From Oligoflexales bacterium (GTDB lineage Bacteria > Bdellovibrionota_B > Oligoflexia > Oligoflexales > CAIYRB01), in the NCBI GenBank assembly GCA_041736175.1, contig JBGSUI010000104.1:1-24874 (forward strand): a stretch of 24,874 nucleotides of DNA, given 5' to 3'. The notes beneath the pieces are model-generated. The model saw only the letters and a list, made by a program, of their open reading frames with translations. It was not told where the DNA came from and searched no databases. Below, in pieces: positions 1 through 9,146 of the stretch; position 1 is the first letter of the stretch; each line of letters starts with the position of its first letter. The translations under genes were made by a program, and so were the position numbers.

Positions 1-102
1 AAAATTCTATAACCATTTGAATATTATGGATTATTCGTGATATTGGTGATCTTTTTCTATATTCAAATCACATTTTTTGGTAAAAATGGCTATAACGTCT
101 GA

Positions 103-297
103 TTAAAAGGCTGTCGCCCAAAAGGAGCCGCACCCAAATCAGATATCGAATTTATCAGAGATTTAGCAGAAAATGGGCAATTGCGTGCTGTTATAGACCG
201 GCAGTATCTATTAAATAATATGATAGAGGCTTACCACTATGTGCAGACAGGGCAAAAGCTTGGAAATGTTGTGATAAATATTGTGCTTGATACCTGA
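103..297 (+). pseudogene. 3' fragment of an NAD(P)-dependent MDR-family (zinc-type alcohol dehydrogenase-like) oxidoreductase
   Basis: Manual translation of frame +1 gives ...KSDIEFIRDLAENGQLRAVIDRQYLLNNMIEAYHYVQTGQKLGNVVINIVLDT*. This matches the typical ADH_zinc_N_2 C-terminus (G.L..VIDR.Y.L.....A..YV.TG.K.GNVVI). An in-frame TGA at 100-102 closes the frame upstream, and no start codon precedes the conserved part. Confidence 0.75.
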
Positions 298-303
298 TCT
301 AGC

Positions 304-789
304 CTAGCCTCGTACTGCAGCTTCAATCCTTGCGACATCAATTTTTTGCATGGTCATCATAGCATCAAAAGCCCTCTTGGCGATCTTGCGATCGGGGTTA
401 GCAATGGCCGCAGTTAGTACGACGGGTGTGATTTGCCAGGAGACCCCCCACTTGTCTCGACACCAACCGCATTCGCTCTCCTGGCCGCCGTTCCCGACAA
501 TCGCGTTCCAATAACGATCGGTCTCCAGTTGGTCTTCGGTAGCCACCTGGAAAGAGAATGCTTCACTTTGTTTAAATGCAGGACCACCGTTGAGACCAAG
601 ACAGGGGATGCCCATCACTGTGAATTCTACTGTCAATACGTCTCCTTGCTTGCCTGATGGAAAATCACCCGGCGCGAGATGCACGGCATTTACAGCTGAG
701 TTTGGAAAAACCTGGGCATAAAACCGGGCTGCCTCCTGTGCTTCGCTCTGATACCACAGGCAAATCGTATTCTTGGCAATCTTTGACAT
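304..789 (-). CDS. VOC family protein, PhnB / 3-demethylubiquinone-9 3-methyltransferase-like
   Basis: Motifs CLWY...A.EAA.FY, LNGGP.FK.SEAFSFQV, CGWC.DKWGVSWQI and RAF.AMM.M.KID; GGAG RBS upstream. Confidence 0.92.
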   Translation of the reverse strand: MSKIAKNTICLWYQSEAQEAARFYAQVFPNSAVNAVHLAPGDFPSGKQGDVLTVEFTVMGIPCLGLNGGPAFKQSEAFSFQVATEDQLETDRYWNAIVGNGGQESECGWCRDKWGVSWQITPVVLTAAIANPDRKIAKRAFDAMMTMQKIDVARIEAAVRG

Positions 790-1091
790 CTTGGGACTCC
801 ATTTTAGATATTTTAAGAGTTTAAACCATTTTTAGATTGAATGGATAAAAAAGATGCGCATTTGCACATAAGTCATATCTCAAGAAAATACTACTGGCAC
901 GAATACTAAACCCAGCACAGACCGTTGTCGTCCTGATACCTTATGGATTCCAGAAGTAGGGTTTCTTAGCAATCTAGAAACCGGAAAATGCAATCGCGTC
1001 GTTGTGGCACCAAACTGTAAGCGTGGGTTGCATTATTTTGAGGAACTCGGCTCCATCGAACCCATTGAACTGAAATCTTCTTCGCCGAGTT

Positions 1092-1146
1092 AGCTACCAT
1101 AGCTCCGTAACGACTTGTAACTGCTTCGTTACCAGTTTTAGTAGCT
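1092..1146. terminator. long imperfect inverted repeat just downstream of the AAA ATPase gene (possible terminator)
   Basis: AGCTAC(1092-97) pairs with GTAGCT(1141-46), enclosing GTAACGA(1107-13)/TCGTTAC(1126-32). No clear U-tract. Confidence 0.3.
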
Positions 1147-1162
1147 GATACCCTACCAGACC

Positions 1163-2290
1163 TTATGCCTCCAAGCTCGCTAACCAAGTAGCCAGATTTT
1201 CTACTGTTCCTGACTTATGGGTCTTTTTATGGTGGAGTTTATGGACGAGCTGAATCGCCGTGGTGGGTTGGAGCCTTTCAGCAAAATAGTGAAGGGCTGG
1301 CGAAAACTGATCATCAGAAGTTTTAACCTCGACCATATATTCCAGTTTATTGCCGGTCACTGTCAAAAAATCGACCTCCCGGTGTTCGCGGTCACGCATA
1401 TAATAGAGGTCTGACTTTAGACCTTGGGTATCACTAAGGAAATGGGACCGCTTCAGCAATGCGCATGCCACAACGTTTTCGAGTCTTGCGCCACCAGAGT
1501 CATTCACGCGACCGGTATCATAGAAATAAATCTTTGGTTCTTTTAATAGGGACCTTGCTAAATTTTTGGAATAGGGACGCACCATAAAAATAACAAAAAG
1601 ACGTTCTAATAGTAGAACCCAACGCTGGACAGTCTGTGCAGTCACCTGCAGATCCTGGGCCAAATTGCGAAAGGAGATCGTTGAGCCCACTCTATTGGCG
1701 AGTAAATCTATCAATGTTTCTACACCTGCCATATTTCTAACTTGCTCTAAATCCAGGAGATCCTGGCGGATTATGACATCAAGATGACTGTTTCTCCAGC
1801 GTCTTGTGTCCAAATCTGATTTAGAAAGGTAGGGCTCCGGGAATCCTCCACGATCTAAAAGTCCTTGAAGAATCACTTCAGGATCCTCGGATCCGCAAAG
1901 CTCTGCCACTGAGAACGGGTGCATTCGATAAATAAAATGCCTCCCTGCTAGGGAATCACTGCCTTTTCTAAATATATCGAGGCGTGCCGAGCCAGTCACT
2001 AAAATGCGCGGACGAACACCTTCCGTGTCATAGATACCTTTGATCCATGATTTCCACTTCGTCATTTTATGGAGTTCATCAAAGATGAGAAGCTCAACTT
2101 TGCGCGACCAATTTTTTTTGATGATCTTGTTTCTTTGACCAATTTCGTCAAAGTTTAGGTACTCATTGGACTGAAAGGGAAGAGCTTTGGCAAATGTAGT
2201 CTTACCACATTGGCGTGGTCCAGAAAGCAAAACTACTTTTTTTTCTAAATCGTTACATATAAAATTGTATAAATATCTTGGTGTTAGCAT
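1163..2290 (-). CDS. AAA_14 ATPase with DUF4143 domain (C-terminal PD-(D/E)xK-like motif)
   Basis: Walker A GPRQCGKT, Walker B LLIFDE, VTGSA, SLAGR, GGFPE, K.PKIYFYDTG, LEN.V, and C-terminal EVDFL...VEVK. Confidence 0.92.
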   Translation of the reverse strand: MLTPRYLYNFICNDLEKKVVLLSGPRQCGKTTFAKALPFQSNEYLNFDEIGQRNKIIKKNWSRKVELLIFDELHKMTKWKSWIKGIYDTEGVRPRILVTGSARLDIFRKGSDSLAGRHFIYRMHPFSVAELCGSEDPEVILQGLLDRGGFPEPYLSKSDLDTRRWRNSHLDVIIRQDLLDLEQVRNMAGVETLIDLLANRVGSTISFRNLAQDLQVTAQTVQRWVLLLERLFVIFMVRPYSKNLARSLLKEPKIYFYDTGRVNDSGGARLENVVACALLKRSHFLSDTQGLKSDLYYMRDREHREVDFLTVTGNKLEYMVEVKTSDDQFSPALHYFAERLQPTTAIQLVHKLHHKKTHKSGTVENLATWLASLEA

Positions 2291-2403
2291 TGTGATCGCC
2301 CTATCATCAAAAAGTCATGACAAATTGATGATAGGCCATACAGGGCGGGACTGCAACCAATTAGCACAATCCGTCAGTCTGTCTCCGCCCCCCCACCCCC
2401 CCT

Positions 2404-2449
2404 AAAAAAAGCAAAAGAGGCTTAGGTCTTACGACCCAAGCCTCTTTTT
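2404..2449 (-). terminator. rho-independent terminator of groESL (probably bidirectional)
   Basis: 16-bp stem 2413-2428/2433-2448 with a GUAA tetraloop on the minus strand, followed by UUUUGCUUUUUUU. Confidence 0.88.
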
Positions 2450-2521
2450 ATAATCTGCTTTGTAGCTTCGTCTCAAGCGGGTCTGGTAGTTGCCAAACCC
2501 CTTAGGCACAAAGGGCGCGAC

Positions 2522-4240
<1,719 letters not shown>

Positions 4241-4302
4241 CTACTCCCAGCTTCCAAACATTGAGGGTTTGGCAGGTATGGCGGGCTCGGCGGGCAGGCC
4301 GA

Positions 4303-4590
4303 TTAAACGAGGACTCCAAGAAGATCGTCTTCACGCATAACGAGGTGTTCGATCCCGTCAATTTTGACTTCTGAGCCAGCATATTTGCTGAAGAGAACTC
4401 GGTCGCCGACTTTGACGTCAGGTTTGCGAAGCTTGCCATCATCGAGGATTTTACCGCTGCCAACGGCGATCACTTCGCCTTCCATTGGCTTTTCTTTAGC
4501 GTTATCGGGGATGATGATTCCGAAAGCGGTCTTTTCTTCACTCTCAACACGCTTAACGATGATACGGTCTTGTAGGGGTCTAATTTTCAT
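4303..4590 (-). CDS. groS: co-chaperonin GroES (Cpn10)
   Basis: [38 protein letters not shown]; strong AAGGAGG RBS. Confidence 0.99.
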   Translation of the reverse strand: MKIRPLQDRIIVKRVESEEKTAFGIIIPDNAKEKPMEGEVIAVGSGKILDDGKLRKPDVKVGDRVLFSKYAGSEVKIDGIEHLVMREDDLLGVLV

Positions 4591-4714
4591 AATTCCTCCT
4601 TAAGGGTTAAACATATAATTCATAGCTTGAAAAAGTCCGGGACCACATGCCTCAAACCTCTTCTCGCCGTCATCCTTAGACGGACCTTAAAAAGAATTGT
4701 CCTAAGGCTTAGGC

Positions 4715-4742
4715 ACTGTAATACCGGGGTTGAAATTGTCAA
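4715..4742 (-). promoter_or_regulatory. putative sigma70-type promoter of groESL
   Basis: Minus strand TTGACA (4742-4737), N16, TACAGT (4720-4715). Confidence 0.5.
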
Positions 4743-4794
4743 GGGCTGAAGAGTAAAAGATCTTCAACAAAAACTCGGTCCACCCAGCAATCAC

Positions 4795-5583
4795 CTAAAA
4801 AGACTTAATTTTTCTATTTTTTAAGTTCAGAGCCTCCCAGCGAGTAAAGGCTGGCTGATGAAAAACCCTAGTGATCTCCGAAATAAGAAATGACCTAGCT
4901 CGGATAGCGCTGGACTCCCGAGTGAAGTCAATTTGGACCACAGGGCTGCTTTCTGCTGTTGGGATGATCGTTAACAGGAGATGAGGTAGCGATTTGTGAT
5001 AGGAGTGGGCCAAGTATATTTGACTGATCCCCGTCCAGTCCCAACGGTAACTCCGGGTTCTGGTGGCAACGGTCAGGGACTCGGCTGTGATCAGGACCCA
5101 CTTGAGGCTCCTAAAAAAGGTTACAATAATGGCGAGCCACGGCACCAGGACCAGGAGGCTAAAGAGGGCAAGCGTCACGACGGGGTCGGCGATTTCAGGG
5201 ACGAGGTTGGTGATGCGTGTGAGGACTAAAAAGATAAGGCATCCTAATAATCCTATCATGGAAATGGAGATAAGTTTCTTAGGGTAGGCTAGAAACCGTT
5301 TGCCCCCTGGCACATCGTCGGTAAAATAAAAATGCTCTCGTTCTTCCACTTGAAGCTGGATCAAATGTTGGACCGCCTCTTCGTCTTCGTGGTCAATTTG
5401 GGCGATTTGCTCCCAGACCATCGACTCTTCGGCAAAGTGTCCCTCGTGTCCGAGAAGCTGGGCTTTGATCTTAAGGGCGTGGGTGTTTTTGGGTCCTAGG
5501 GCCAAGAGCTGCTCTAAAGCTTCGTGGGCTTGCACCGATTCGCCTTTGTCCGCTAGACTTTTGATTTGTTTGACATGTAGCAT
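4795..5583 (-). CDS. hypothetical membrane protein (N-terminal TPR-like helices, two TM segments, beta-rich PH-like C-terminus)
   Basis: A..ALEQLLALGPKN..AL TPR pattern; hydrophobic stretches LISISMIGLLGCLIFLVL and VVTLALFSLLVLVPWLAIIVTFF; V.IT.E.L.V....Y.W.W..I pattern typical of bacterial PH domains. Confidence 0.75.
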   Translation of the reverse strand: MLHVKQIKSLADKGESVQAHEALEQLLALGPKNTHALKIKAQLLGHEGHFAEESMVWEQIAQIDHEDEEAVQHLIQLQVEEREHFYFTDDVPGGKRFLAYPKKLISISMIGLLGCLIFLVLTRITNLVPEIADPVVTLALFSLLVLVPWLAIIVTFFRSLKWVLITAESLTVATRTRSYRWDWTGISQIYLAHSYHKSLPHLLLTIIPTAESSPVVQIDFTRESSAIRARSFLISEITRVFHQPAFTRWEALNLKNRKIKSF

Positions 5584-5689
5584 AAGGGGGAGATCGGCAG
5601 TCAGAATCGATATCTTGAATGGGAACCAAATCTTCCCCTGTTGGTAAAAACGGATGAGTCCATATTAACATTCATTATATAGGTGTCTT

Positions 5690-6700
5690 ATGTCCTACGA
5701 TGCAAATACCGAAGCCTTTGAGCAGCAGATCAAACTCAAGGCTGCCCTGTTGGAGCAAGCTGTCGGCGAAATAGGACGGAAGATCGTCGGTCAGAAACCT
5801 GTGGTGGAACGGCTGATCATCGCCCTGATCGCCGAGGGGCATGTGCTCCTAGAGGGGCTACCGGGGTTGGCAAAGACCACCTCCATTAAGGCCTTAAGCC
5901 AGACGACGGACCTTTCTTTTGCGAGGGTTCAATTCACCCCAGACCTTTTGCCAGCAGATGTGATCGGAACCCAGATCTACGATCCAAGGTCAGGTGATTT
6001 CAAGGTACGCAAGGGCCCGATCTTTGCCCATCTCGTCTTAGCGGACGAGATCAACCGTGCCCCCGCTAAAGTCCAGTCGGCTTTGCTTGAAGCTATGCAA
6101 GAACGCCAGGTCACCATCGGCGACCAGTCCTATCCCCTCGAACGACCATTTTTGGTCCTCGCCACCCAGAATCCAATCGAGCAGGAGGGGACCTACACCC
6201 TTCCTGAAGCCCAAATAGACCGATTTTTGTTTAAGATCAAACTCACCTACGGAACCAAAGACGATGAATATGAAATCGTTGCTCGGTCAGCCCATGGAGA
6301 AACCCAGGAGCTAGCAAAGGTTCTCAATGCGTCAAGTATCTTGGATATGCGAGATCTTGCCCGTAAGATCCATGTGGCAGAAAAAGTTCGCCGCTATATC
6401 GTCGACCTGGTGTTTGCGACCCGTGGGGACGGGGTTTCGGAACGGCCTGATCCTAACCTCAAAGATCTGAGTGGCCAGATCTTGATCGGAGCCTCGCCCA
6501 GAGCTTCGATCGACCTAGAGCGAGCTGCACGGGTTAACGCTCTGATGCAGGGACGGGGATTTGTGACGCCCCAGGATGTCAAAGATATCGGCCTTGATGT
6601 GTTACGCCACAGGATCACTCCCACCTTCGAGGCCGAGGCGGAAGGGATTAAGACGGATGATATCGTTAAAAAGATCTTTGAAAGGGTGGATGTTCCCTGA
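5690..6700 (+). CDS. moxR: MoxR family AAA+ ATPase (MoxR-proper type)
   Basis: HVLLEGLPGLAKT, RVQFTPDLLPADVIG, LADEINRAPAKVQSALLEAMQE, ATQNPIEQEGTY.LPEAQ.DRF, GASPR. Confidence 0.97.
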   Translation: MSYDANTEAFEQQIKLKAALLEQAVGEIGRKIVGQKPVVERLIIALIAEGHVLLEGLPGLAKTTSIKALSQTTDLSFARVQFTPDLLPADVIGTQIYDPRSGDFKVRKGPIFAHLVLADEINRAPAKVQSALLEAMQERQVTIGDQSYPLERPFLVLATQNPIEQEGTYTLPEAQIDRFLFKIKLTYGTKDDEYEIVARSAHGETQELAKVLNASSILDMRDLARKIHVAEKVRRYIVDLVFATRGDGVSERPDPNLKDLSGQILIGASPRASIDLERAARVNALMQGRGFVTPQDVKDIGLDVLRHRITPTFEAEAEGIKTDDIVKKIFERVDVP

Positions 6701-7602
6701 TGATGTTATCTCCTGAGGTCATACAGCAAATAAAAAGCCTTGAGCTTAAGGCGGGCCATCTCGTCAACGATGCCCTTGCGGGCAATTATCTTAGCGCCTT
6801 TAAAGGCAGGGGGATGGAGTTTGACGAGGTACGTGAGTATGTCCCTGGAGATGACATTCGGACCATCGATTGGAATGTCACGGCGCGGATGCAAGTTCCC
6901 TTTGTCAAGGTGCATCGGGAAGAGCGGGAGTTGACCCTGATGCTGATGGTCGATGCCAGCCCTTCTCAGGGGTTTGGAACAGGCTCCCAGCTCAAGCGAG
7001 AATTAGCCGCAGAATTAGCGGCAGTTCTAGCTTTTTTGGCGATTCACAATAACGATAAAGTAGGACTGATTGTGTTTAGCGACCATGTGGAGCAGTTTAT
7101 TTTGCCGCAAAAAGGTCGGGCCCATGTTTGGAACATCATCAGGTCCGTCCTGACCCATGACGGTAAAGGGGCCTCAACGGATGTGACCGGTGCCCTTAGC
7201 TTTTTACTTAAGATCGTTAGAAAACGAGCGATGGTTTTTTTAATCTCAGACTTTTGGGCTCAAGGCTTTGAAACCCTGCTCAAAATGGCTGCCAGACGCC
7301 ATGATCTTATCTGCGCCCGTACCCTCGATCCCCAGGAACGGGGGCTGGCCAGTGCTGGAGTCGTTGCCTACCAAGATGCAGAGACAGGGGCCAGCCGATT
7401 TATCGATACCAGCAGTGCCCGCGTTCGCGCGGCCTTTCAAGAAGCAGCGAGGCGTCAAGATGATTTTCTCAATCAGCTTTTTCTAAAGGCTGGCGTTGAC
7501 TCTTTACAGCTGACAACCGGAGAGCCTGTCGCCGAAAGCTTAGGACGCTATCTTAAGAGACGGCAGGTTAAGGGATCTCGTAAAAAACGTATATCTATTT
7601 AG
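6700..7602 (+). CDS. DUF58 domain-containing protein (vWA-like)
   Basis: G.Y.S.FKGRGMEF.EVREY.PGDDIR.IDWNVTAR, EERE...L.VD.S.S, FLISDF; overlaps the moxR stop codon. Confidence 0.95.
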   Translation: MMLSPEVIQQIKSLELKAGHLVNDALAGNYLSAFKGRGMEFDEVREYVPGDDIRTIDWNVTARMQVPFVKVHREERELTLMLMVDASPSQGFGTGSQLKRELAAELAAVLAFLAIHNNDKVGLIVFSDHVEQFILPQKGRAHVWNIIRSVLTHDGKGASTDVTGALSFLLKIVRKRAMVFLISDFWAQGFETLLKMAARRHDLICARTLDPQERGLASAGVVAYQDAETGASRFIDTSSARVRAAFQEAARRQDDFLNQLFLKAGVDSLQLTTGEPVAESLGRYLKRRQVKGSRKKRISI

Positions 7603-7614
7603 TCGGGTGAGGCT

Positions 7615-8187
7615 ATGGTTCAGGGACTGCCCCATGATATCTATTTGATCCAACCCTATGTACGGCCTCTCTGGCTCACCGTAGCGATCGTTCTCGCTGT
7701 GCTAGCAGTTGTGATCCTCTTAGTAGGAGCCCTTTATCGATGGTACCGTAAACGCCAGGCTTACCGTCCACCCGAGCGGGTTAAGGATTCATGGGAACTT
7801 CTCGGTGATGAGCTCCAGCTCCTTCAAAAAAAGCTTGAAACTCAAGATCCGGAGATGGTTCGCGAGCTTTTTTATGGTTTGAGTCTGGTTTTGCGCCGAG
7901 GCATCGAGCTAACGTCAGGGGTCCGCGCCACGGACCTGACCGTCCAAGAACTTCGAGCAAGACTCAAGACCCAGTCGGGGATCCAGGTAAATCTGGTGAA
8001 GGATATGGTGACCTTCCTCAGTCGTGCGGATATGATAAAGTTCGCTGATGTGTTGGCGGAAGCCCACGAGGCACCCCAGAGCTATCAAGCCGTGAAGGAC
8101 TGGATTGCCGAGCTTAAACCAAAGCCCCAGGCCCCGTTGCCCTCTGAGAGTTTAAAGGTTCAAGACACCAAAGGTATCGCCCGATGA
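7615..8187 (+). CDS. Bat-operon single-TM membrane protein (DUF4381-like)
   Basis: LHDI-like start, one TM followed by basic residues, LS..LR..IE, T..E and AD..KFA motifs; sits between DUF58 and batA. Confidence 0.8.
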   Translation: MVQGLPHDIYLIQPYVRPLWLTVAIVLAVLAVVILLVGALYRWYRKRQAYRPPERVKDSWELLGDELQLLQKKLETQDPEMVRELFYGLSLVLRRGIELTSGVRATDLTVQELRARLKTQSGIQVNLVKDMVTFLSRADMIKFADVLAEAHEAPQSYQAVKDWIAELKPKPQAPLPSESLKVQDTKGIAR

Positions 8188-9146
8188 TATTTGGCACTCC
8201 CTGGAATTTGCTGTTTCTCCTGCTCCTCCCGGCGCTGTTTTTTGTTTTGCGAAGTAAACATTCCTATGTGGTTTTTCCATCCATCCGTCCGATGAGTCAA
8301 ATTCCCTTCCATTGGTCAGATGGACTCAGATACCTGCCGGCGATCCTAAGATACGGCGCACTTGTATTGATTGTGATCGCCCTTGCCCGCCCTCAGGCGA
8401 CGTCGGTCCATCAAGAACGCCTAAGTGAGGGGCTTGATATCGTCCTTGTGATTGATACTTCTAAAAGTATGGAAGCGCGAGATTTGGAGTTGAAGGGAAA
8501 CCGACCAACCCGCCTTGATGTGGTTAAAAAAGTAATCGTCGATTTTATCTCCCAGCGGCCTTCGGACCGGATCGGGTTGGTGATTTTTGGGACGGAGGCC
8601 TTTACCCAAGCCCCCCTGACTTTGGATCATGACATTCTTCTGAAATTTCTAACTAAGGTCAGTATTGGGATGGCCGGAGACGCCACGGCGATTGGCGACG
8701 GACTGGCCACAGCGGTTAATCGTTTAAAAAAAGTCGGAGCTAAATCAAAAATTGTGATTCTCTTGACCGATGGAGCCAATACCGCGGGACGGGTCGATCC
8801 CCTGGCTGCCGCAGATGCGGCTGCGAGTAAGGGCGTCACAGTCTATACCATTGGGGTCGGAGGAGAGGTGGCCGACCAAGATACCGGCCGTCCTGGCACC
8901 ATGGAGATCGACGAAAAGCTCCTTAAGGAAATTTCCACCCGGACTGGAGGTCAATCCTTTTTAGCGACCAATCGCGAAGCACTCACTCAGGTCTATAGCC
9001 AAATCGATAACATGGAAAAAACCAAAGCCAAGGTGAAGTCTTACCAACAATTTGAAGACTTGTTTCCCTGGTTTTTGGGAGTGGCACTCCTTATGCTGCT
9101 GTCGGAGATGCTGGTAGGATTGACCCGTGTGAGGAGCATCCCATGA
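8184..9146 (+). CDS. batA: BatA-like vWA membrane protein
   Basis: N-terminal F..P..L.LL, ALARPQ, MIDAS DTSKSM, DRIGLVIF, T.IGDGL, ILLTDG.N, YTIGVG and a C-terminal TM. Confidence 0.92.
   Translation: MIFGTPWNLLFLLLLPALFFVLRSKHSYVVFPSIRPMSQIPFHWSDGLRYLPAILRYGALVLIVIALARPQATSVHQERLSEGLDIVLVIDTSKSMEARDLELKGNRPTRLDVVKKVIVDFISQRPSDRIGLVIFGTEAFTQAPLTLDHDILLKFLTKVSIGMAGDATAIGDGLATAVNRLKKVGAKSKIVILLTDGANTAGRVDPLAAADAAASKGVTVYTIGVGGEVADQDTGRPGTMEIDEKLLKEISTRTGGQSFLATNREALTQVYSQIDNMEKTKAKVKSYQQFEDLFPWFLGVALLMLLSEMLVGLTRVRSIP

Noticed and set aside
1044..1095. Possible attC ending in GTTAGCT
   Set aside because: The left end is not RYYYAAC and the L boxes do not pair.
2361..2370. TTAGCAC half-CIRCE
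   Set aside because: No second arm, and it lies downstream rather than upstream of groESL.
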